Source: Eledone cirrhosa (taxonomy: Eukaryota). Taken from it: a DNA stretch of 64,000 bases. The first letter of the stretch is position 1. Every line of letters starts with the position of its first letter. Positions 11,954 through 26,545 of this stretch are shown here, one piece after another. The notes under the pieces were generated by a model. That model was not told the DNA's origin and ran no database searches. It worked only from the letters and a program-made list of their open reading frames with translations. Made by a program: the position numbers and the translations under genes. The stretch spans positions 29,450,001 through 29,514,000 of the forward strand of contig OZ024756.1 in NCBI GenBank assembly GCA_964016885.1. The letters run 5' to 3'.

Positions 11954-12042
11954 CTGGAAATTGGAGAAAAATTCTTACTTCAAGAATTTATACAGATGAA
12001 AAAGTATTTCAATGGTGATGGGTTATATACATATATACACAG

Positions 12043-12082
<40 letters not shown>

Positions 12083-12661
12083 CTATCAATATATATTCAA
12101 TGATAATAGGCTAGTTCCACAAAGATTCCAGACTAATTAAGAAGATCATTAAGACAACATCATAGTGAAATAACGAGACAACCGTGTTGTCTAACGAACA
12201 GTTAATGAAATGGAACCTCTTAACGATGTAAATGGATTGGTTCTATGATCAATATTGAAGTAATGTAATTAATGAACACACTCACATATACATACATAAA
12301 TACGTGTATATACATACATACATGTATGTAACATATGTCAGGGAATATATGCATAGAAACAAAAACACAAAATAATGAGGATATAAATATATATACATAC
12401 ACACACACACACTTCATGAATGGACAATAAAGAATATAAAACAATGAACTGTGTGAGTTTTAATTGATAAAATTAGCAAATATAGTCAATTAACAATGAT
12501 AGACAGAGAAGAGGAAAATACCAACAAAAAATAATATAAAATAAATAAAAACACTGCCATGCAATATAAAGAGGTTTAATAAGGCAGAAACTACATAAAT
12601 AATAGTCCTTTCCACATTGACACTTAACATTTCCATACAGCAGACAGCTTTGATAACAAAC

Positions 12662-12682
12662 CACCTGAAACCACTCTTGGTT
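12662..12682 (-). CDS. Candidate 21-nt stalk micro-exon (PRVVSG); 18 nt if the upstream GT is used
   Basis: Acceptor gttttgtattgtAG. Donor GTG|GTTTGT, or CAG|GTGGTT 3 nt earlier; both keep phase 1-1. Confidence 0.45.
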
Positions 12683-13290
12683 CTACAATACAAAACTATT
12701 TGCCTTAAAGTGTTTATATTTATCTAAAAAGCTTCCCTCATAATGTTATGAAAGGAACTTTATTGAGTGATGTTCTAAACATTAGCTTAATATGAAAATT
12801 ATATCATTAAATCCATCAAAATTGTTGATTATTAAAAAAATTATTTGAAAATCATAAGTTATCTTTCAATAGATACATGGTAATGAGTAAGTTAGTCTAT
12901 TGACAGATTTTACTAATTGTATTTTAGAATTGGTTTAGAATAAATGTGAAGGAATGCAATCTTGTGGTTAGGGCATTGGGCTCATATGGTTGTGAGTTCA
13001 GTTCCCAAACCAAGTAGCACATGTGTTTTTGAGCCCAAAACACTTTATTATTTCATGTTGCTCCTGGCCATCCAGATGGCAAAACTGAGTTAAAACCTAA
13101 CCATCCTGTTCAGCTGCCAAGTTGTATCGGCCTTTGCCCTTCCTTTGGACAACATAATATATAGTATATATGAGTTGCAAAGACATTGATGCCAAGCCTT
13201 ATCAGTTTTGGTTTCCCTTGGACAGCAACCTATACTGTGTATGAGTTGTGACGATACTGGTGCCAAGCTATATCTACCTTTACCTTAGAC

Positions 13291-13436
13291 TAGGCATGTC
13301 AAACTGAGGGTCCCACGAGGGCCACACACGACAACTAATTGTGCACTTCATAACTAATTTTTAAAATTTTATATTACGAAGATAAAACATGCTCGTGCTG
13401 TAAAAACCTGTGAGGGTCACATGGTTGGCATGCCTG
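13291..13436. mobile_element. hAT (Charlie-like) MITE
   Basis: 8-bp TSD CCTTAGAC on both sides. TIR TAGGCATGTCAAAC / GGTTGGCATGCCTG. Confidence 0.85.
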
Positions 13437-13913
13437 CCTTAGACAACACCATATGTAGTGTATATACAGTGTATATAACTGATGTGTCAACAGTAGGGCT
13501 AAACTGTAATAGTATTTGCCTTCCCATTGGACAACATTCGTGCCGTGGAGATTGGGGGGGGGGGGGGCATGTATGGCCAACTGCTGACCTTCCAGAAAAC
13601 ACATTTTACAGGTGTAAAGCCATGATCTGTCATGGCTGAAGGCAGGCTATCACAATAGACATAAGAGCCAGTTAGCTTTCCACATTTCTTTTAAACGTAA
13701 GATTATTCTAAATATATCTCATAAATAAAGCAAACCCTTGAAGGCATTCGTTGAATAGTAAATAGCTTGTAGAACCTCAGTAGAAACAGAATACATACAC
13801 ACTGGAGTGAAATGAAAAGGTTTAAAAGGAAAGGATGAGATACTGGAATTGTTTTAAGCAAATCAATAATCATATATATATATATATATATATATGTGTG
13901 TATATACATATAT

Positions 13914-13968
<55 letters not shown>

Positions 13969-14012
13969 TAGACACAAAGCAGGGTTTGTTTACAAATGGC
14001 TAGCGAATTTGA

Positions 14013-14118
14013 AAATTAGGTAGTAACATGTGCTTATGTCGTATTTGACTAAAATCCCAACTAACAGACTAATTCTACTTAGTCAAATACGGCATAAGCA
14101 CATGTTACTACCTAATTT
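14013..14118. repeat. Near-perfect 40-bp inverted repeat, 26-nt loop
   Basis: 14013-14052 versus 14079-14118, one mismatch. Confidence 0.9.
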
Positions 14119-14125
14119 ATATATA

Positions 14126-14173
<48 letters not shown>

Positions 14174-14307
14174 TATAGCTGTGTTAGTGTAGCAGAGTGG
14201 GCTTTATAGAGTAAAGGGCAAAGTAAAGAGTTTCTTCCAGCAGCTATTTGATAAGTTCAGAACCTTGTGGTTTCTCACAAATACCTCATTTTCTTCGAGT
14301 GCGTGCA

Positions 14308-14342
<35 letters not shown>

Positions 14343-14384
14343 ATAGTATATACACATACATCCTAAAGACATTTTTTTCAAATT

Positions 14385-14552
14385 CCACCTCGCCCATCCC
14401 ATCAATCTATCTTATTTCTTATTCTTTCTTTGATGAAGGACTAGCGTCTGAAACGTTAAGACCCTCTTCCTGCTATTTCAAGCGTTAACCTAATATATTC
14501 CTTCCATATACTGTACCGATTGTGTTGTTATTTCTGTTTACCTTTTACATAC
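14385..14552 (+). repeat. Dispersed repeat with a degenerate hammerhead core (second copy ~35065-35232)
   Basis: Both copies share (C/T)T(G/A)ATGAAGGACTAGCGTC(C/T)GAAAC and ~100 nt downstream. Both abut TA repeats. Confidence 0.6.
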
Positions 14553-15290
14553 ACACATATATATATATATATAGGGTGTCCCCCAAAAAAGTATACACAA
14601 TTCAACAGCCTTCTAATAATTATTGCCTGTACTGGCAATCAAAGTGTGTATACATATACATAGTTGGGCGAGATCAATACAGATCGAACCATGAATTGAT
14701 CAGTAGGGAAAAACGTGCCACAAATCAATAGACGTAATGAAAGCTTAACTAATCGTCCTTGTATTATTATATTTACAGTTTAGCTCTACACTTCACTACA
14801 GTGTGCTCATCTGGGTGAACCTACAGTAACTTCACGTTATACTCCCTATATATATATATGTATACACACACACACATACATACATACACATACATACATA
14901 CACAAAGATAGATAAAAAAAGAGATGTAAAAAGATACACCATCATACATATAGACACACAAACAAGTATAAATACAAATACATATATATATTTAATGCAT
15001 TGTTATATAGCACAAAGATTTGAGTTGTCAAAGAGAAAAAGAGTGCTTAATATATAGTGTAGAGTTTTATCGGATTCCATATCAGCTTTAAACTTCACTA
15101 ACTCTGAAAGCACCATCAAGACAACATCCATTTGGCTGCTTGACTTGCCAGAAATAGCAAGTAATTCTTTCTTAAATCATACTCCCCTGGCTTGAAAAGC
15201 CACATACATACTGGATAATGTAGTCCTAGATAAACAATGCTTGAGAGAAAGAGGAAGTGCTCATAATTGGTGACATATACACATACATAC

Positions 15291-15321
<31 letters not shown>

Positions 15322-15674
15322 TACATATATACACATATACATATACAAACTACACTTTAATCTCTACATTAATGAAAAAAATAATTGGCAAAGCTTAACC
15401 AAAGAAGATGAAAAAGAAATTAGGTTCCTTAATGAGAGACAATTAGACAATTACAAATCTTTTTGTAGTTGTATTAATTAACCAATTGAAAGAAACAGTC
15501 ATTTTACCAAATCAGCATTTAATTAGCAAGCAATTATTAACAGAAATAGATAGTGTTAAAGAGTTCTTCCTATTGACTAATGAACGTGAAAAATGTAGAC
15601 TAATTAAATTTTACAGTTAAATAATAATAATACTAATTAACAATCTGCTGCAGAAGAATAGACAGACCACTCCT

Positions 15675-15912
15675 TAACCCTTTTGATATCAAACCACCTG
15701 AATATATCCCTGGATACAAAGTTTTATTTTAAAGTTTTCATATTTATATAAAAATCTTCTATCATAATTTTATGTAAGAACCTTTGTTTAATAAACACCT
15801 AATATGAAAGTTAGTTATATTACTAAATCCCTCCAAATTCTTGATTATTTTCAAAATGAGTTGAATATTATAAGGACAGTCTTTCATTGAAAATATGGTA
15901 ATGAAAGGTTAA
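15675..15912. mobile_element. Second TTAA/CCCTT-terminated MITE family (degenerate copies e.g. ~16230-16470, ~24770-24965, ~62120-62370)
   Basis: TTAACCCTTTTGATATCAAACC ... GGTAATGAAAGGTTAA ends; internal sequence recurs. Confidence 0.55.
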
Positions 15913-17254
15913 CTAGTCACCAATTATGATTTAAAAAATAACCTTTCCATCATAATTTTACATAAAAACTGGCAAGATGCTTGTCCATTAAAGAACTGCC
16001 TCAAAATTTAATGTCCAAACCGTGTCAGCATGGAAGTAAAAAAAAACGATGATAATAATAATAATAATAATGAAATGATTGTGTAAAGTGCTCAGGTGCA
16101 CTACAACTCGTCAATATAGTACATAGAATAATACACAAATGTCAGGGAAGTACATGTGTGTATGTGTTTTGTGTTAGCTGTTCTGTTGATGATAATGAAA
16201 GACAAATATATTTTGTTGGTTATATTGAAATGATACCAAAACAACTGAGACCATCCCTAGTTCTATGATGATCTAAAAACATTCCATGATAATTTTATGT
16301 AAAAACCTTTGGTAAGTTGTGTGTGTTCCAAACGCCAGACAATGTGAAAGTTAAGTTGTATTACTAAATCACTCCAAATACTTGATTATTTCCAAACTCA
16401 TCTGAAGATCATAGACAGTGTTTTATCTATTCATTTTTTCATTAAAAATATGGTAATGAAAGAGTTAAAATGGTTATATTGAAATAAAAACCTTCCATCA
16501 AGATTTTATATAAGAATCTTTGTCAAGTTATACTTCAAATATCAGCTAAATAATGAGAAAGTAAGTTATATTACTAAATCCCTTTAAATAGTTTATTATT
16601 TCCAAAATTATTTGAAAAATACAGGCAGGATCTTTCATCAGAAATGAGATAATAAAAAAGTTAATAAAATGTCAAGGAAAACTTAATTTAACTGTTATAA
16701 ACTATATCTCTATTAGCTTCAATTTACTTATTTTATCACAAATTATATATTATATATTAACAGATACAAAAATATATAAAACATAATATATAATATATTT
16801 AGATTCTTAGAAGTTTGCTAGAAATAGAACTGAAGTAACAGGCTAGGAAAATTCTTTGATATAGCAATAGATACTGTTATGTAATTTCACAGAGAAAATA
16901 TTAGAAAGACGGACAGACAGACACGGAATGCCATGCGGCCAGATGTTGATTATTTTAGTTATAAGCAAAAATTAAGTAGGAGCATGCTGCCTCGTTTTGA
17001 AAGTGAAATATTTAAAGAAAATGACCAAACCGAAATAGGTTTAAAAAACATTTCTCTCTCAAAATTTTAGATGAAAATAGAGGAAAAAAGAGTGAAGTTG
17101 ATGAGCAAAATGGATGATAAATGAACGAAACAAAAACGAAAACAAAACGAATGCAACAAGGCCGGCCATCCGGAATGTTTAGTGGCCATTATTCGTATAT
17201 AACTGAGTGAGGGATAGCTGATCACCGTCCCCATCACAGCATTGCAAAACTAAC

Positions 17255-17317
17255 CTTTGCTTGTAGCCTTGTAAACATTTGTTTTCGGGTTTGGTGGGTC
17301 AACGGGTGGTGAAGTAT
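17255..17317 (-). CDS. Candidate 63-nt Pro-rich stalk exon (TSPPVDPPNPKTNVYKATSK)
   Basis: Acceptor caatcatttcAG, donor AAG|GTTAGT, phase 1-1. Pro/Thr-rich linker composition in non-repetitive, CpG-retaining sequence. Confidence 0.72.
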
Positions 17318-17442
17318 CTGAAATGATTGATCAGCCATGGGCATCTTTTATTTAAATTTAAATTTTAAGATGGATTAGCAATCAAGACTTGAAGAGATCA
17401 GAGAGTGAAGATGACTCAAACGTGGGTATACACATATATTTA

Positions 17443-17473
<31 letters not shown>

Positions 17474-17549
17474 GCATGTATATACATATATATACACACA
17501 CATGTGTGTATATATATATATATATATGCATATTTATATCTATGTATGC

Positions 17550-17581
<32 letters not shown>

Positions 17582-19133
17582 GGGTATAAAGTATAATTAT
17601 TTGCCAGAAACAATAAAGCATTATTACCTGGATAAAAAATATAAAAACATTTATAATTTCAAATTATAAGCAATGCTTTAATATTAGCTTTTTTTTACCC
17701 AAGTAATAAACAGTATTTTATTATTTCTTCTGACAATTATACTTTATATACATGTATACTAGTTGAAGGTACACAGTTATAACAGAGAGAGAGAAGATAT
17801 AACAGAACCAAAAATAGCTAGTGTCAGAGATAAACAATAAAATATCATTGACTAATTAAACACATTAATTAATTCCTGACTGTCAATATATATAATTAAC
17901 AAATGTATTGACAATCAGAATGAAATAATTAGCTACAAAACCTTTCATTTTAAAAGAAAACACCCAGTTAGATAAATGTGAAATTAAGGTTAACCCTTCT
18001 GATACCATTTTAAAGGGTACCTATTTGAATTAAAATCTTCCTACAAATTTATGTAAGAGCCATATTTTAACACTTTAGCATATAAACCGGCTGTATCCGG
18101 TCACAGTTCTCTCACCTCTTTCTATTCAAACCGGCTGTAATCAGCCCCTCATACCAACATTAAGTTATTGTTCTCAAAATAAATAATATCAAAATCTCAT
18201 AAATTCAATATTATGAGCGATTCAGCCTTTACTATTAAAGTACAATAGTATATATAAAGTAATGTGAATGCTAAAGGGTTAAAGGCCATAACAATACGGC
18301 ACAATTATTTCACCTCAATTGGACCTGCTCTCTTCAACTTTACAGCAAAGCATATAAAACGGAAACAGACCCCATAAAGTTCGAGAAGTCTTTGGACAAA
18401 TTCCTTTAAAAAATCCTGGATAAACCTCCTACACCCAGATATGTCTCCGTAAACAATAACTCTCTACTTGAGTGGGCCATGGTGGCCAAATCCTGATGTG
18501 GAAGACTTCGCCAGGTGGTGCTATTAAGTTAGACATGGCCTGGGCCAATACTGACCGAAACCTATCACAGTTATCAAAGTTATAAATATATATATACAAA
18601 CATATATATATATACATACATATACAAACATATATATACATACATATATACATACACATATATATATACATACATACATATATACACATATATATATACA
18701 TACATACATATATACACATATATATACATACATACATATATACACATATATATACATACATACATATATACACATATATATACATACATACATACATATA
18801 TACACATATATATACAAACATACATATATATATACATACACATATATATACATACACATATATATACATACATATACATACATACATATACATACATACA
18901 TATATACATACATACATACATACATACATATCTATATATATACATATATATATATACATACATATATATACATACACATATATATACATACACACATATA
19001 TATATACATATACATATATATATATACATATACATATATACATATATATACATATATATATATATATATACATATATATACATATATATATATACATATA
19101 TATATATATACATATATATACATATATATATAC

Positions 19134-19164
<31 letters not shown>

Positions 19165-19195
19165 CATACATATATATATATATACATATATATAC

Positions 19196-19226
<31 letters not shown>

Positions 19227-19227
19227 C

Positions 19228-19308
<81 letters not shown>

Positions 19309-19345
19309 CATACATATATATATATATATACATACATATATATAC

Positions 19346-19385
<40 letters not shown>

Positions 19386-19499
19386 ATACATACATATATA
19401 TACATAGATATACATATATATATATACATACATATATATATATACATATATATATATATACATACATATATATATATACATATATATATATATACATAC

Positions 19500-19553
<54 letters not shown>

Positions 19554-19665
19554 ATATATACATATATACATATATATACATATATACATATATATATACA
19601 TAACATATGTTGATTTAAAACTGCACTATCCACAAGTATTTTTTAACCTTCATATCATGTCTTCC

Positions 19666-19735
19666 TATTTTATCTGATGAAAAACAAATGTTATTGCATG
19701 ATGATATTTGTTTTTGAAATGCGCATAATAAAATA
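19666..19735 (+). ncRNA. Minimal type I hammerhead ribozyme motif (Penelope-like/retrozyme type)
   Basis: Stem I TATTTTAT (19666-73)/ATAAAATA (19728-35); CTGATGA 19674-80; 15-bp stem II hairpin; GAAA 19716-19; palindromic stem III ATGCGCAT; AUA cleavage after 19727. Confidence 0.8.
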
Positions 19736-19977
19736 CATGGAACTCTTTTAACCATCTTTTTATCTTATATATTATATATATATATATATGTATATACATA
19801 TAGAAATTACATGAATTGAAGTTCTGTTCAAATCATTTATTCGCTTACAATTGTTTCTTCCAAATCGAGGTTTGGAGTCTTTGGAGCAATTTCTATATAA
19901 CTGCTCTGTAGAACAACTGATGTTATTACATTGAGCTATTTATCTTACTGGTAATAAGGTAGTAATTAATTACTGAC

Positions 19978-19982
19978 CTTCA
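19978..19982 (-). CDS. Weak candidate 5-nt micro-exon TGAAG
   Basis: ttttcaaccctaaacAG|TGAAG|GTCAGT, in a short unique island between two TA-microsatellite arrays. Confidence 0.25.
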
Positions 19983-20833
19983 CTGTTTAGGGTTGAAAAT
20001 ATATATAACTATAAAAGGTTTTAGTATATACATAACCATAAATAGTATCCTTAATACTATATATATCCATACGTATATATATATATACATATATACATAC
20101 GCATATATATATATACATACATACATACGTATATATATATATACATACATACATACGCATATATATATATACATACATACGTATATATATATACATACAT
20201 ACGTATATATATATACATACATACGTATATATATATACATACATACGTATATATATATACATACATACGTATATATATATACATACATACGTATATATAT
20301 ATATATACATACATACATACGTATATATATATACATACATACATACGTATATATATATACATACATACATACGTATATATATATACATACATACATACGT
20401 ATATATATACATACATACATACGTATATATATATACATATATACATACGTATATATATATACATACATACATACATACGTATATATATATACATACATAC
20501 ATACGTATATATATACATACATACATACGTATATATATATACATATATACATACGTATATATATATACATATATACATACGTATATATATATACATATAT
20601 ACATACATACGTATATATATATACATATATACATACATACGTATATATATATACATATATACATACATACGTATATATATATACATATATACATACATAC
20701 GTATATATACATACATACATACGTATACATACATACATACGTATATATACATACATACATACGTATATATACATACATACATATATACATACATACATAT
20801 ATACATACATACATATATACATACATACATATA

Positions 20834-20865
<32 letters not shown>

Positions 20866-21053
20866 CATACATACATATACATACATACATATACATACAT
20901 ACATATACATACATACATACATATACATACATACATATACATACATACACATACATACATACATACATACATACACATACATACATACATACATACACAT
21001 ACATACATATATATACATACATACATACATATATATACATACATACATACACA

Positions 21054-21085
<32 letters not shown>

Positions 21086-21632
21086 CATATATATATATAC
21101 ATACATATATATATATACATACATATATATATACATACATATATATATACATACATATATATATACATACATATATATATATACATACATATATATATAT
21201 ATATACATATATATACATACATATATACATACATATATACATACATATATATACATATATATACATACATATATATATATATATATATACATATATATAC
21301 ATACACATATATATATATATACATACATATATATATATACATACATATATATATACATATACATACATATACATACATACATATATACATACATACATAT
21401 ATATATATATACATACATATATATATACATACATATATATATATATACATACATATATATATATATACATACATATATATATATATACATACATATATAT
21501 ATATACATATATATATATACATACATATATATATATATACATACATACATATACATACATATATATATATACATACATACATATATATATATACATATAT
21601 ATATACATATATATACATACATATATATATAC

Positions 21633-21672
<40 letters not shown>

Positions 21673-21714
21673 ATATATATACATACATATATATATATAT
21701 ACATATATATATAC

Positions 21715-21777
<63 letters not shown>

Positions 21778-21969
21778 CATACATATATATATATACATAC
21801 ATATATATATATACATACATACATATATATATACATACATACATACATATATATATATACATACATACATATATATATACATACATATATACATACATAC
21901 ACATATGCATACATTATACATACATACATACATATATACATACATTTTACATACATACATACATACATT

Positions 21970-22003
<34 letters not shown>

Positions 22004-22345
22004 CATCATTTCATCATTTCATTTTACGTCCGCTTTTTCCCTGCTTGCAAGGGTGGGACGGGAACTGATGCTGGCTTGATTTCTACAGCTGGATGCCCTT
22101 CCTAACACCAACCTCATTTACAGTGAGTGCTGGGTGCTTTTTTGCTGTGGCACCTCCACAACCACTTTACAGTGGAATGATAAGGACCTCAGTCCCTATC
22201 ATCTCATTTCTACAGCTGAGTAAACTGGAGCAATGTGAAATAAAGTGTCTTGCTCAAGGAAACAACACATCACCCGGTCTGAGAATTGAACTCACAACCT
22301 TTCGATTGCAAGGCCAATGCTCTAACCACTAAGCCATGTGCCTCC

Positions 22346-22377
<32 letters not shown>

Positions 22378-22718
22378 TTTTATATATATATATATATATA
22401 TATACATACATATATATATATACATACATATCGTTTTTATCATTTATTTTATTTGACCTGTTTAGCTTGATTTGTTTTTTCGGCTTAGCTGATTAATACT
22501 TTCTTGACCACTTTTTTCAGTTTGTATGGTGTTTTAACTTATTGTTTAGCTCTAGTTTTTTTAACTATGGAGTGCTTGCCAGCAGAACTCTGATTTTGCA
22601 GTTTGTTTCGCTTTTTCTACCTGCTGAAATGCGATTCTCGCTGAATTTATTTATATTATATATATATATATACATACATACATACACATATATATATATA
22701 CATACATACACATATATA

Positions 22719-22750
<32 letters not shown>

Positions 22751-22800
22751 CTGCCTGTTGGATAAGTGGAGTGTTATACACCCCTGATCCTCTCCCTAAT

Positions 22801-22865
<65 letters not shown>

Positions 22866-22902
22866 CATACATACATATACATACATACATATATATATAT
22901 AC

Positions 22903-22947
<45 letters not shown>

Positions 22948-23507
22948 CATACATATATATTTATACATGTATATATACATATCTTATCGAGATTAACTTT
23001 TTCATATCAGACTCTCTCTAAGTTCATTAAATAAATCTCGCTACCTTAACCTTTAATTTTCTAATAATTTTTTAATTTTTTAAATTTATTTTTCAATTTA
23101 TTATTTTTTGATTTAATTTCATCCTATAACTCATAACATAAGTTTAACGTTCCAATTTTCTGTTCACACATTACACCATACAGACACCCATTATATATGC
23201 CTTTGTTAAAATATAGATTCTTTGGAATAACACTTTTCGCGGCGTTTTCTAGCATGACTAGTGTGACCCTTACGCGGACTTCATTTTTTTTTTATTCCTT
23301 TCTTTCTTCCCCTTTTTTATTATTTGACGGAGAGGTGGTAGTACATTATAAACCTTCGCCCCCTCACCAGATGGTCATTACTAGACTGAGGTGCCATCAC
23401 TTTGAGGGCGACTGGCCGAGGTGAAAGGAGCTAGTTGGTCAGTCGTACTCTCTGTCTCTGATTTTTCGGACCCATGTTTTTTTACATATTCTTTTGTTAT
23501 ATTTCGA

Positions 23508-23565
23508 ATACCTGATGATATCACCAGATTCATATAGTACACGGTCATTGAAATGATCATAGTAT
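23508..23565 (+). ncRNA. Minimal type I hammerhead ribozyme motif
   Basis: Stem I ATAC/GTAT; CTGATGA 23512-18; imperfect stem II; GAAA 23550-53; palindromic stem III ATGATCAT; AUA cleavage after 23561. AATAAA follows at 23566. Confidence 0.65.
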
Positions 23566-23611
23566 AATAAACCTTTCAAGGATTTACACCAGTCCAGCCT
23601 TCTGTTATTTT

Positions 23612-24550
<939 letters not shown>

Positions 24551-26515
24551 GTTGTGTGTGTGGGGTGGGGTGGGGGTTAAATTAATCGCTAAAAGCAGGT
24601 GAAGAATGATGAAACCACACCATCAAGCTCTTGCTCTCTATTACAATTAGATGGACCTATTTAGTTACATATCTTTATAACACTAGAACTCTGAGCTATT
24701 CAGTTATGTACCTTGATAACATTAGAATACTTAAAACATTTTTATGATGAAAAGAAAAATTTCAAGACCCTTAACCCTTGCTCTGGTTCTAAAAAAACAC
24801 CTATTTTAAAGGGCTCTTATTCAAATTAAAATCTTCCAACAATTTTATATCAGAACCATTGAAGTTACTATCTTAGTAATAAAATAACAATTTTAGTAAA
24901 TTCTTCAAAATTTTTCTTTAATTTAAATGGTGTATTTCATTAAAAATACACTAAGAAAAGGTTTAACTTAGAATAAATTTAAAAAATGGCAAAGATGGTG
25001 AATCATCACCATTTGAGAGAAGCTAATAATATTAACAACAAAAACTATGTACAAGAGTATGGAAAGGCCATGTTTTTCTGAAGTTTTGAAGATTATTAGG
25101 GAAAAGTGGTTATTACATATTATTGAACCAAATGCAGGAGTCCTTAAAACTCATTGCCAGTTTCAGGTGAGATAGGTCCTGTATTAGAAGAAGCTTGGTG
25201 ATCAAATACTAATACTATGAGAAAACAAAAACAAAGAAAATTTATAGCTCACACCTACACAGATATAGTTGGCCTGCAAGAGGTTGTATCCGAGGGGGTC
25301 TATCAGGTGTTTTAATGATAGGTGCCCCAGTAGACACACATGTAGGTTTAGCTGGCTTTCAAGAGGTTGCTCAGGTGTTTCAATGTGAAATGATGTCTTG
25401 TTAAAGACACAACCCCTGGCCCAGGAATTAAATCCATGACCTTATGATTGTGAGTCCAACACCCTAACCACCAAATCACATGACTTCACTATGAATTAGC
25501 AATGGGATGATCCATGTAGTATGATACAAAGATAGGAGGTGTAAGCTGAAAATGTGAATATATGTAAAAAACCCCAGAGAAGTTTGCCTTGACAGAGATT
25601 CCTAAGCCCCACAGTGGTTGAGTTAGGATAATGAGCAGCAAATAGCCAAGAAAGACGTGTGTTGAGGGTTGTGGTTACTTAATAAATATCCTTCAAACAT
25701 ATATAGTTGTAGCAGAAAGGGGTCCACTGAGGAGGGCGATTGCTTAAAACGTCTCCTATAAAGATATACATATATATATATTGAGGTATGGCCAGCTGTT
25801 ATACATTGACAAGTAAATAGAGTAAACTTATGTTATAAGTCTAAATTGGTTATTCTCTCTCAATTTATTAAAATTTGAGCTCTGCAGTCTGTGCCATAAT
25901 AGTCATCTAGAGAGGCTAAAATCTCCCTCAGCCATTTTTGGTTACTGTTGGACCAAGGATACTGATTAGCATTGAGTTTCTATAATCTGGACGAAGGATA
26001 CTGATTAGCTTTGAGCTTCTATAATCTTTACCAGGATACATATTGGTAAACTCCAATATAACCCAATATATACTATATATATAATTATTCAAACCATACA
26101 AGCATGGAAAGTGGGCATAAAGTGAAAGATATGTGTATATATTGTATGAAAAGGAATGAAAATGATTAAACAAGTGTAAACATATTTTTCCGTCACTGTA
26201 AATAAAGATAAGAACATTAAAAAAATTATTCAAATATGACAAGACAATTTGGTGGTTCCAGTTTAGCTGTTAAATATAGTTGAAAAAAAAAAAGAAGAAA
26301 AATGTTAATTATTCTTTTCAAAAAAAAACACATTTTTTATATTTGTCTATTATTAAATTTAACTTAAATATTGACGCCATGATTTATGGTTCATATTACT
26401 TTTTAATGCAGTAGACTACATACAGTGCTTGAAGCAAATTTAAACAAGAGGTTAGTGAGTGGAGGGACATTAAAATTATCTGGACTTTTGCGGCACGGTG
26501 AAAGAGCGAGCTTAC

Positions 26516-26545
26516 CATATTCATCTACATATTCATCTGGATAGT
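26516..26545 (-). CDS. Candidate 30-nt stalk micro-exon (x-YPDEYVDEY-x)
   Basis: Acceptor tattttttgctctgcAG, donor ATG|GTAAGC, phase 1-1 symmetric. Only the phase-1 reading is stop-free. Confidence 0.65.

Larger units (their letters stand above)
18585..22002. repeat. Two kb-scale compound (TA)n/(CATA)n/(CGTA) microsatellite arrays (18585-19600, 20055-22002)
   Basis: Direct inspection. These arrays generate the long Y/I/M/V/C pseudo-ORFs. Confidence 0.97.

Noticed and set aside
15116-15225. Possible phase-1 terminal exon LHYPVCMWLFKPGEYDLRKNYLLFLASQAAKWMLS*
   Set aside because: The acceptor is plausible, but the peptide has no anchor or other recognisable character; cannot be distinguished from chance.
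25950-26030. 39-bp tandem duplication giving an in-frame DYRxSxLISIL repeat
   Set aside because: No convincing splice acceptor; treated as a local duplication.
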